DNA from: Nostoc sp.
GTDB lineage: Bacteria; Cyanobacteriota; Cyanobacteriia; Cyanobacteriales; Nostocaceae
Direction of reading: 5' to 3'
DNA: 64,000 nt
Assembly (NCBI GenBank): GCA_036918135.1
Contig: JBALDB010000011.1
Location: 32,001 to 96,000, forward strand
Positions 10,793-19,621 of this stretch are shown piece by piece (the first letter of the stretch is position 1; each line of letters starts with the position of its first letter). The notes under the pieces are model-generated. The model was not told the origin of the DNA. It ran no database searches and worked only from the letters and a program-made list of their open reading frames with translations. Position numbers and translations under genes: made by a program.

Positions 10793-11839
10793 CTAGTATG
10801 TAAATACTTGTAAAAAATCTCGATAAGTTTGCTCCCAAGTGTTAAAGGATAGGTTTGCGGTACGATTCAAAGCTTCTTTGCCTAACCGATCGAGTTGATT
10901 GGGATCTGTAAGCAATTTTTTGAGTGCCATAAAAAATTGTTCCTGCTTGCCTAACTCAATCAGTATCCCATTGACTCCATCCTCAATCCAGTCAGCAATT
11001 GCTCCAGTTGCATAAGCTAATACTGGTAGCCCGTTAGTAACTGCTTCTGCTGTGGACATAGAATAACTTTCATAGGTAGATGCGGAGATATAAAGGTCAG
11101 ATTCAGACAACAACTCCAACATAGTTTTTTGAGGAACGCGGCCGTGAACAATTACAGCATCTTGTAGTTGGGCACGCTCGATCAACGCCAGAGTTTTGTC
11201 TTTGTATGCTTGTTCTTCGCAGTCACCAATTAAATGCAGCCTAAAATTCTTTGTTTCCATCTGGGCTAACATTTCTACTAATTCAAGTTGGCCTTTGCGT
11301 CGATAGAAGGTTCCTATGCTAATTAGAGTTATCTGCTCTTGCGATCGCTCTTTAAGATTATGCAGGTAAAGCGCCCGATCGATACCTGGTGATGCTACTA
11401 CGATTTTGTCTGTTTCGATGCCACCACTTAAGATATAATTCCGCAATTGGAAACTAGGAACGATAATACCCTTCATAGCCTTTAACCACTGGGCTTCATC
11501 ACTCCAGAGCGCTTTCTTTTCCTGAGCCGAGAAGTAGGTATTCAATGACTCAAGATGGTGAAGCATCAAGTAAGTTCGTTGAGCATAGGAAAGAAATTCG
11601 TTTAAGGAAGCATTGAATTCAGGAATTGTCAAGTAGAGCGCGTCAATCACAAGGATGCAATCAGAGGGCAAAGCACTCAATTGTTGAAGCAGCCCAGAAA
11701 CAGATCCATCTAAGGGATAAAAAAAATTCTCTCCTTTGCCTTCCTGCTCCAAGCGCTTGACAATTTCTACATTGTAGAGTGAGCCTCCTGAGGTGAAACT
11801 TAGTTTCGGCTGAATAAAATAGATCGTATTTGAGTTCAT
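10793..11839 (-). CDS. Glycosyltransferase family 4
   Basis: SGGSLYN, RKGQ, ESYSMSTAEA (EX7E), GVNGILI; ATGA overlap with the upstream PTPS-like gene. Confidence 0.88.
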   Translation of the reverse strand: MNSNTIYFIQPKLSFTSGGSLYNVEIVKRLEQEGKGENFFYPLDGSVSGLLQQLSALPSDCILVIDALYLTIPEFNASLNEFLSYAQRTYLMLHHLESLNTYFSAQEKKALWSDEAQWLKAMKGIIVPSFQLRNYILSGGIETDKIVVASPGIDRALYLHNLKERSQEQITLISIGTFYRRKGQLELVEMLAQMETKNFRLHLIGDCEEQAYKDKTLALIERAQLQDAVIVHGRVPQKTMLELLSESDLYISASTYESYSMSTAEAVTNGLPVLAYATGAIADWIEDGVNGILIELGKQEQFFMALKKLLTDPNQLDRLGKEALNRTANLSFNTWEQTYRDFLQVFTY

Positions 11840-12213
11840 ACCTCTGCTTCGTAGCTTCCCCAAGCGATATGGCTTTCCTCCAGGGTGATTTTCAGAGAGC
11901 CTTTGAAAAAAGAACTTACTTGTTTGCTAATTTGTTGGTGGATATAATAACCCATGTATTCTGTCGTTGTATTTATCCCCTTAAATTGTTCGAGAGTATC
12001 TAGATTTTGGTAATTTAACGGTTCTAGAACTTCTTTGAGAATTGCGATCGCCTGACCGATATCAATCACTAAGCCATCTTTATCCAATGATGGTACTTTA
12101 AATTCAGCTGTGATTATAAAGGTTGCTCCGTGCAGCTTTTGAGCGGGGCCAAAAATTTCCCCTTGGAAGCTATGGGCAATCATGAGGTGGTCTTTTACTG
12201 CAACAGAAAACAT
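11836..12213 (-). CDS. 6-pyruvoyl/6-carboxy-tetrahydropterin synthase family protein (COG0720, atypical)
   Basis: T-fold PTPS pattern IAHSF...FGPAQKLHGAT...NTTTE...LEES; lacks the CxxxHGH motif of QueD. Confidence 0.85.
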   Translation of the reverse strand: MFSVAVKDHLMIAHSFQGEIFGPAQKLHGATFIITAEFKVPSLDKDGLVIDIGQAIAILKEVLEPLNYQNLDTLEQFKGINTTTEYMGYYIHQQISKQVSSFFKGSLKITLEESHIAWGSYEAEV

Positions 12214-12218
12214 GATTT

Positions 12219-13199
12219 TTAATACTCAACTAACGGCGAAACTGGCTGCACTTGACGCTGATATAACAGTGACATAAATTCGGGCAAGTCTTGAAAAGAA
12301 ATCACAGGCTCTAGGAGAATATCTACGGCTGCATCTGCAAGCAATTGCAAAACCCGTTCTTTACGCTGGCGATAGTCAATTAAGTTTCGCATGGGTTTGG
12401 CGATCGCCGAAACTTGAGAAGCGATAATTTGTTTGCGCTGGTAATGAAACGAACCACCCAATTGCAAGGAAACTGATTGCGTTCCGTACCAACTCAGTTC
12501 GATACAGCGACCTTCAAAAGTCAGCGCATCAATCGCACTCTGAAGTCCAGAAGCAGAAGCGCTGGTATGAAAGACGATATTGTAATTGTCTTTTTGATAG
12601 TCGGTTGCTAAACGAGAATTTTGCAGCCAAGGTAGTTGTTCTAGGTATTGAATTCGCTGCTTATCCTGTTCTAAAAAGTCTGCCTCAATACCATACTCTT
12701 TGCTGAGAACAAAGCTAATCAGAATACCGACAATACCTGCACCAACTATTAAAATACGAGCGTCCTGACTAACTTCGGCATCCCAAACTGCATTCAGGGC
12801 TGTTTCCGTGTTGGGAATTAAAGTTGCCCGCTTACTAGGTAACCAATCTGGCAATTCTAATGCATCAGAACTCTCCACCACGACTCTCGATTGGTGGGGA
12901 TGCATGACAAAAAATCGTTTACCCTGATTGGAGGCTGCATCAGCTTGACCGACAAGACTGTAACCGTACTTTAAAGGTAAGGCAAAACTACCTTCCATAT
13001 ACCAACAGCGCATTGTTTCCCAACACTCTTCGGGGACTTTTGCTAGACCTATCAGGCGTTCTGTCCCCGGACTAATCCCACTGTATAGCGTTTCCAAAAA
13101 CAGAGGCTCTTTAGGCAACGGCGTGACTGAGGTTTCTCTAATTTCACCAACGCTTGGAGAGACTAGCCAGTAGGCGTAAGCTTGAGAATTTGTAGACAT
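12219..13199 (-). CDS. MDR-superfamily NAD(P)-dependent dehydrogenase
   Basis: GroES-like N-terminus (YSGISPGTE, KYGYSLVG) and Rossmann GAGIVG. Confidence 0.85.
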   Translation of the reverse strand: MSTNSQAYAYWLVSPSVGEIRETSVTPLPKEPLFLETLYSGISPGTERLIGLAKVPEECWETMRCWYMEGSFALPLKYGYSLVGQADAASNQGKRFFVMHPHQSRVVVESSDALELPDWLPSKRATLIPNTETALNAVWDAEVSQDARILIVGAGIVGILISFVLSKEYGIEADFLEQDKQRIQYLEQLPWLQNSRLATDYQKDNYNIVFHTSASASGLQSAIDALTFEGRCIELSWYGTQSVSLQLGGSFHYQRKQIIASQVSAIAKPMRNLIDYRQRKERVLQLLADAAVDILLEPVISFQDLPEFMSLLYQRQVQPVSPLVEY

Positions 13200-13226
13200 C
13201 TTTAACCAGCAGCCTCAACGAGCAAA

Positions 13227-14957
13227 TTAAATGCGTGACTCCTTATCTAGAAGCAATTCCACTAGAATTTCTCCATCAAGATCGAAGTGTTTCATTTGAA
13301 AGCGCAGTCCTTGGTCGATGGAGTCTATAACTGGAAGGGTGAAACTCGACCGTCCCGAACCCAAAATCAAAGGAGAAAAATGGAGATGCAGTAACTCTAT
13401 GCAATCAGCTTGCAAGAAATAGGATACGGTTTGTCCTCCACCTTCCAAAAAAATACTAGAAATGCCATTTTCGTACAAAACGTTTAAAATCTCCGAGGGA
13501 GCCAAAACTGTATTTTTTTGAGAACCTGTTTTGGGAGAAATCGGAATCTCCAAAATTTTGTCTTTGACTGCTTGTGGTACGACTCGATGCTGCTTTCCTT
13601 GAGGATATAAGACAATAACTTTTTCATGGACTGCCATCATCTGCAAATCATCCAGCTTCAAATCGCTTTCTCCTTCAATAATCACTGGAGTTGGATGCTT
13701 GCCAGCTACTAAACGAACCGTTAGTTTAGGGTTGTCGAGTGTTGCAGTGAGTGCGCCTACCATAACGGCATCATGAAGGGCACGCAAACGATGAGCATGT
13801 TTCAAGTTAGCCTCATTGCTAAGCCATTGAGAGTTGCCATTGATTGCTGCAATTCTGCCGTCTAGAGATTGTGCCAAGTGAGCCATCAGAAATGGACGCT
13901 TTTCTAGATAAGCTGCTCGTTGAGAGATTAAGAGCCTGACATATAAAGAAAAAGTTTGCCATCCATTGCTGAGCCACATTCCTTTAAAACATTGGGCATC
14001 TTGCACAAAATCGGTCTTTAAAGGCGAGCCGCTTTTGAATACAATGGCAGATTCTACTTGAGAAAATAGTTGATTAGCAAAATTTAAGTTTTCACAAAAA
14101 TCATTTGCCAAATCGATGATAATCAAGAAATCACTTTCTGGAATCTGCGGTATCTTTTCGCTAGAAAGTTTTTGGAAACTCCACGGACTTTGAGCATTTC
14201 CAAAAAAAGCCCAATACTCATTCTTTTGAGGAGCTTCATTTTTCATTGTCTGTTTGCATTCCAGCAATGCCGACCAGATATCATCTAAATGATCGTCAAT
14301 TTTGAAGGCATTTCTGGCTATAGATTGCCGATTTTTGAATTCCAGAAGATGCCCCAGCTTCTTAGTTTTAGTTGTCAAATAATTAAAATTGTAGTCATTG
14401 GGTTCAATGGCTAAAGGAATTCGTTCGACTACCTCAATCCCGTAGTTTTGCAAACGAGCAATTTTGCGAGGATTATTAGTAATCAAGCGAATTTCCTTTA
14501 CACCTAAATCCTTGAGGATTTGCGCCGCCATACTGTAGTCTCGGAGGTCAGCAGAGAATCCCAAACGTTCATTTGCTTCTACTGTATCCAGTCCCAAATC
14601 TTGCAAAGAATAGGCTCTCACCTTATTCAACAAACCAATGCCTCTTCCCTCTTGTGGCAAATAAATTATCACTCCTTGACCTGCGGTTTCAATCATCCTC
14701 AGTGCCGTTTGCAACTGGCCTCCACAATCACAACGTAGAGAACCTAAAGCATCGCCAGTTAAACATTCGGAGTGTATTCTTACCATTACCGGGTTATCGA
14801 AGTTTTCTACTTCTCCCTTAATGATGGCGATATTCTCTGAATCGTCCAGAGTATTACGATAGCCATATATTTTGAATGTACCAAACTCACTAGGTAACTT
14901 GGCGATCGCTACAGTTTCTGTAAAAGCCATTTCAGTAATCGTTGTTTTCTTGCTCAT
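13227..14957 (-). CDS. GTP cyclohydrolase II (RibA) fused to a RibD C-terminal reductase domain via a ~140-aa linker
   Basis: RibA motifs [34 protein letters not shown]; RibD_C motifs [36 protein letters not shown]. Confidence 0.9.
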   Translation of the reverse strand: MSKKTTITEMAFTETVAIAKLPSEFGTFKIYGYRNTLDDSENIAIIKGEVENFDNPVMVRIHSECLTGDALGSLRCDCGGQLQTALRMIETAGQGVIIYLPQEGRGIGLLNKVRAYSLQDLGLDTVEANERLGFSADLRDYSMAAQILKDLGVKEIRLITNNPRKIARLQNYGIEVVERIPLAIEPNDYNFNYLTTKTKKLGHLLEFKNRQSIARNAFKIDDHLDDIWSALLECKQTMKNEAPQKNEYWAFFGNAQSPWSFQKLSSEKIPQIPESDFLIIIDLANDFCENLNFANQLFSQVESAIVFKSGSPLKTDFVQDAQCFKGMWLSNGWQTFSLYVRLLISQRAAYLEKRPFLMAHLAQSLDGRIAAINGNSQWLSNEANLKHAHRLRALHDAVMVGALTATLDNPKLTVRLVAGKHPTPVIIEGESDLKLDDLQMMAVHEKVIVLYPQGKQHRVVPQAVKDKILEIPISPKTGSQKNTVLAPSEILNVLYENGISSIFLEGGGQTVSYFLQADCIELLHLHFSPLILGSGRSSFTLPVIDSIDQGLRFQMKHFDLDGEILVELLLDKESRI

Positions 14958-15952
14958 AAGTTTCTGACAATCTTTTCAATCTTTTCTTACTCTCAAGTAG
15001 ACATTAAACGTTCTCAAGATTTAAATCTTAACTCTAAATCTCAACCAAATTTACTCGCTCTTTACCAAGCAAATCGCAAAGTATCGATGAGTATCCAAGT
15101 ATATTATAAAAAACAATTAATATTAAACATAAATTAATTCGGCTTTAAATTTTGAAACAGTTTTAAACTTAAATTCTTGAATAAATTTATTACTTTGATT
15201 TATCTCGATCTGAGTGTAGAACATTTATATTGAGTATTTTACTGATTGACAAAATATATTCTCTTTAATATTTAACGGATAGTCTTTGACACTTGCCAAA
15301 CGAAGCTGCCAATTTTAAATCTCCTCACAGCTTACGTCGTCAGTGTCAATAAAAATGTCTGAAAACCCCTGATGATTATCTTGAGTGTTAGCAAAAAACA
15401 GGCAAACAACATCTGTACTTAGTCAAAGTATCATGAAACAGCTACAAATGAAATCTTTAAAGATTAAGAAATGTATAGTTACTCAGTGCAGAATCATCCG
15501 AACTCAGCAAGACTTACAGCCAGGTAACGGAAAATCAAACCACATATCAGGCAGAAGACGCCTAAGAATAAGAGTTTCAGAAAGTTATTGTCTAAATACT
15601 ATAAGTAAGTCAGTGTGGAAAAACAAAACTATATAAAAATAAATAAATAAATATGCATAATGCATATATCAAGATGATAAACAATATATCTGAGGTCTGT
15701 TTTAAAAGCATTTCTGACTCATAAGTTGAGATAAAATTCTTTTGAACTTAAGAACTAGGAAAAACAAAGTACAACCAAGAGAACATAGCATTTAAAAAAA
15801 ATACCTCAAAAAAGAAGCATGTATATCATTACTAAAAAGTTCAAGTCATCAATCATTTGTCAATAAGTACTAGTGCTTAAAATTTTGTATTCTTTTGTAC
15901 CTTTTGTCTTTTTACTTTTACCTTCTTGTAATATTGTGTTTGTAAATACTTT

Positions 15953-16555
15953 CTAACAGATATTTGTGCAGACAAAGTTAATTACATCTGTAAGCCCTGA
16001 CTGAGTTTTCAAATTAGTAAAAATAAAAGGTTTATCGCCGCGCATTTTTTTAGCATCTCGTTCCATAACAGTTAAATCTGCACCGACATAAGGTGCAAGG
16101 TCGATTTTGTTAATCACCAACAAATCAGACTTAGTAATACCAGGTCCACCCTTACGAGGAATTTTATCACCAGCTGCAACATCGATAACATAAATCGTTA
16201 AATCTACCAATTCTGGACTAAAGGTAGCAGCCAAATTATCACCGCCACTTTCCAAAAATACCAAATCCAAATCCGTAAAACGTTCTTCCAACTGTTCAAT
16301 TGCTGCTAAATTCATAGAAGCATCTTCGCGGATAGCAGTATGAGGACAACCGCCAGTCTCTACACCTAAAATGCGATCGCTTGCTAAGGCTTGAGAACGC
16401 ACTAAAAATTGAGCATCTTCTTGAGTATAAATATCATTCGTCACCACTGCAAGCTGATACTGCTCGCGCAATTTCTTGCACAAAGCATCCACCAAAGCCG
16501 TTTTCCCGGAACCAACGGGGCCAGCAACACCTACTCTAAATGCGTTCTTTGTCAT
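15953..16555 (-). CDS. ureG: Urease accessory GTPase UreG
   Basis: [32 protein letters not shown]. Confidence 0.97.
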   Translation of the reverse strand: MTKNAFRVGVAGPVGSGKTALVDALCKKLREQYQLAVVTNDIYTQEDAQFLVRSQALASDRILGVETGGCPHTAIREDASMNLAAIEQLEERFTDLDLVFLESGGDNLAATFSPELVDLTIYVIDVAAGDKIPRKGGPGITKSDLLVINKIDLAPYVGADLTVMERDAKKMRGDKPFIFTNLKTQSGLTDVINFVCTNIC

Positions 16556-16806
16556 TTGTCATTTGTCATTTGTCATTAGTCATTGGGCAAACAGGCAGTG
16601 TGGGAGGATGGGGAACAAATTCAGGTGTGGGAGGTTTTGGAGGTGTGGGAGGATGGGGAAGAAATCTTTCCCCCCTCTCTCCCCACACTCCCCCATCTGG
16701 TCAGCTCCCCACACTCCCCACACTCCCCCATCTGGTCATCTTTCCCCCCCTCTCTCCCCACACTCCCCACACTTCCCACACCTTTTCATCTCCCCATCTC
16801 CCCATC
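16551..16806. repeat. Short tandem repeats (GTCATTT; GTGGGAG/CTCCCCACA) forming an inverted composite between ureF and ureG
   Basis: Visible heptamer/nonamer tandem units; G-rich arm followed by a complementary C-rich arm. Confidence 0.85.
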
Positions 16807-17498
16807 TAACTCCTAAATAACCTTGTATACTGCGTTTGATGCTGCATACTCGCTAGGGATAAACCCCAACTCCAACAGCTCAGTTGTTCATCTTCCAAGG
16901 TGAGAATTTCCAATACTGTAGTACTAATTAATAATTGCAAATCTAGTAATAACTGCTGTCCTGCTGTTTGTCCCAAGGGGATAAGTTTGACGCCAGCTGT
17001 AATTAAATTACTTGCCCAACTATGGAGATATGCTAATAATCCGGCTTTGATATTAATTTGCCAATGAGCAAGGGCAATGCCAAAAGCGATCGCATAATTG
17101 CAAGGATTACCTACAACCTTGGTTATAGGTTCAATCTGCGGTTCTAATTTACCAAGTAATTGGACGAGCGATCGCCCCATTTGCCAACTAGAGGCGCGTA
17201 ATTCTTCTGTTTCCCTAGCAGCAGATAACCACAGATTCCAAGAGCATAAAGACTCGACATCGCCCATTTTTGTAGATTTCTCAGCTCGTACCATTATCGC
17301 CGCCTCTAGCCGAATTGCCCCGTAAATCAATTGTGCTTCTAACCAATGTTTGAGAGCTGCCTGATTAGCGATCGTACCATTTTCCACCAATGTTTCCAAG
17401 CCTTCAGAATAACTATATGCTCCTACAGGCAAAGCAGGGCTAGCTAACTGTAAAATATGCAAAAAATGGCTATCAGTGAGCGTGATGGTGTTGTCCAT
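16806..17498 (-). CDS. ureF: Urease accessory protein UreF
   Basis: [21 protein letters not shown]-terminal YTRLFRS. Confidence 0.96.
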   Translation of the reverse strand: MDNTITLTDSHFLHILQLASPALPVGAYSYSEGLETLVENGTIANQAALKHWLEAQLIYGAIRLEAAIMVRAEKSTKMGDVESLCSWNLWLSAARETEELRASSWQMGRSLVQLLGKLEPQIEPITKVVGNPCNYAIAFGIALAHWQINIKAGLLAYLHSWASNLITAGVKLIPLGQTAGQQLLLDLQLLISTTVLEILTLEDEQLSCWSWGLSLASMQHQTQYTRLFRS

Positions 17499-17919
17499 AA
17501 GCTCCCAATTCTGGTTGAAATGGTAAAATTTCTTCTTTAACTTCCAATCCCAGTTGTTCCAACATCGTGCGTAGAACTGAATCTGAAGACAAGCGTAAAT
17601 AAGTTGGGGTAATTTCTACAGGTACATGGCGATTTCCCAAATGATATGCTGCCTTTAGTAATAAAAGCCGTGTTTCGGCAAAGGCGGTCATCACTAGTTC
17701 TGGTTTAGCAGTAATTCTAATTAAACTATTATAGGTTTCTTCTTGGAGGATATCGCCATCGTGTAAGACAGTTCCTCTGGGTAAATGCAAAAATACAACT
17801 TTTCCATCTTCCGTTTCAAAGCGATGACGACTGCGGGTACGTTCTTGTGCTGTTAGCCCCAGAGTTAAGGTGACTACTGCATCGTAATTAGCTGGTTTGA
17901 GTTGGGTAAATGTCAGCAT
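17473..17919 (-). CDS. ureE: Urease accessory protein UreE
   Basis: [16 protein letters not shown] and His-rich tail HHHAH. Confidence 0.96.
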   Translation of the reverse strand: MLTFTQLKPANYDAVVTLTLGLTAQERTRSRHRFETEDGKVVFLHLPRGTVLHDGDILQEETYNSLIRITAKPELVMTAFAETRLLLLKAAYHLGNRHVPVEITPTYLRLSSDSVLRTMLEQLGLEVKEEILPFQPELGAYGQHHHAH

Positions 17920-18044
17920 AAAAGTTTCGCCCGATCTAAAACCATCGACTCATGAAATGAGAAAAAACACAAGGGCACAAGGGACTGGGGAAGATGAGGA
18001 AAATAATACTATTCCTAAAAATCTTTACAAGACATAAATCTAAG

Positions 18045-18072
18045 GTAGGGGTGTACGTCTGTACGCCCCTAC
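18045..18072. repeat. REP-like palindrome GTAGGGGTGTAC...GTACGCCCCTAC
   Basis: Near-perfect intergenic hairpin of a type common in cyanobacteria. Confidence 0.6.
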
Positions 18073-18323
18073 ATATCTATCTATATCAGGTATTTTGTGA
18101 AATGGTATGAGGGAGATTTAGAACTTGAAATATTAACCTCAAATACTCGTTAATCCAGTTCAAATACTCAAAATCCTTCTCATCTCCTTCCTTTGAATTA
18201 AACGAATTAGAGTAATATAGCAACGGTGGTGTTATTCCATCAAAATGATACCGTAATTTTGTCTAGATTTAGAATCCTATTACCCTGCTAATAGGAGATT
18301 ATTTTTCAAAGGAGTTTGCTGCA

Positions 18324-19193
18324 ATGTCCACAACACCGACTACTCGATTAATTTTAGAGACTTTACTTCCCCATCTGAAGGTAGCAGCAGCCTATGCCCG
18401 TTTTCTGCAACCAAAAATTGCTGCACTTCCGGCTAAAGAACAAGGAAAAAACTTTTTTGCGGCTGCACTTACTGATGCAGATGTGGCAATTCAAAATATG
18501 GTAGAAGTAGTACTGCTGGGCAGTTTTCCAGAGATTCGCTTTTTTGGCGAAGAGTATGAAAGTTCTAGAAATACTAAGTATTTTCGTGCTACTGAACTTG
18601 GTTTGCAAGGTGATTATTTAGTTACACTTGACCCCATTGATGGCACGAAGTTTTACATGGATGGGCATTCTAATTACCAAATTATTCTTAGTATTCTAAA
18701 TGCAGATAATTTTGAGGCAGTAGTGGCAATTTCTCCTGGAGAAAATGTTTATTTTTATGCTTTTAGAGGTGAAGGTACTTTTAAAGGAACGCTGGAAATG
18801 AATTTAGAAGCCTGCACTCCTTTGGAGATTACATCGCCCAAACCTGCTATTTTGTTGGGATGGGGAATGAATGCGATCGCACCTCTACTAAAAGAACGCT
18901 ATCAAGTAATCGATATTGCCACTGATTATTCTAGTGAGATTCAAATTCCCAATCTCAATGGTATTCTTAGTGGTGATTTGAGTGGAGCAGTAATCAGAGC
19001 AGGCAAATTTATTGATGGTGCTGCACTGGCTTTTTTGGCAAAAGAAGCTGGCTATCTTGTCACTACTCTGGACGGTTCGACTTTACCGCCACTGTATACT
19101 TGTAAAAACTATAGCCTCCCAGGATTAATTGTAGCTGCGTCAAAATCCGTTCATCAAGATTTGCTGTCAGCGACGCAAAGCTTACTTGTTTGA
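18324..19193 (+). CDS. Inositol monophosphatase family protein
   Basis: TDAD, GEE, LDPIDGT motifs. Confidence 0.88.
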   Translation: MSTTPTTRLILETLLPHLKVAAAYARFLQPKIAALPAKEQGKNFFAAALTDADVAIQNMVEVVLLGSFPEIRFFGEEYESSRNTKYFRATELGLQGDYLVTLDPIDGTKFYMDGHSNYQIILSILNADNFEAVVAISPGENVYFYAFRGEGTFKGTLEMNLEACTPLEITSPKPAILLGWGMNAIAPLLKERYQVIDIATDYSSEIQIPNLNGILSGDLSGAVIRAGKFIDGAALAFLAKEAGYLVTTLDGSTLPPLYTCKNYSLPGLIVAASKSVHQDLLSATQSLLV

Positions 19194-19283
19194 AGGCGTA
19201 TCCTATCACCTTTGATGGAGAAAAAGTGAAAAAGAAAAATTAAAAATTGATACTTAATTCTACTTGATTTTGCTTTTCAACTT

Positions 19284-19621
19284 TGGCTTTGTTTGTTCTG
19301 TGAGTCAGTTAAAAATTCTTGAGTGCAATTGACAAATTATTCTATTTCTGCAATTAACTTAATCACACCTTAATGCTCCTGCTGGAGAGCTTGTTGTTCT
19401 AGTTTTTCAACTGCTAGGTACATAGCTGTGGCTCCAGTATTGACACTAGCACCTTTGAGGTAATGAGCTTCTCGGACAATTTGCCCAAAATCATCAAGTG
19501 CGATCGCACTTTTTATCAGCTCTAAACGAGGTTTAATATCTCGAATTAAGAGTTGCAAGAGATTTAATTCAAATTGTGTGTCATTATCTGATACTTGATG
19601 CAGATATTCCCAATTGATTCT
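19284..19621 (-). pseudogene. Decayed C-terminal Hpt domain of the upstream hybrid kinase
   Basis: In frame past the kinase stop: RINWEYLHQVSDNDTQFELNLLQ...EAHYLKGAS...EKLEQ, with further in-frame TAA stops. Confidence 0.8.

Noticed and set aside
7524..14957. Recently acquired genomic island
   Set aside because: No integrase, tRNA or flanking direct repeats, and several HIP1 sites are present. Accessory status is plausible, but recent transfer is unsupported.
15385..15636. 83-aa ORF in the AT-rich intergenic region
   Set aside because: No recognisable motif or RBS; probably spurious.
15887..15900. GTA-N8-TAC (NtcA-like) match upstream of the biosynthetic cluster
   Set aside because: It lies within a TTTTGTA-type heptamer tract about 930 bp from the start codon and is likely a chance match.
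16476..16820. Three Pro/His-rich plus-strand ORFs (similar ones at 24550-24855, 55391-55750 and 62195-62443)
   Set aside because: Low-complexity translations of STRR tracts.
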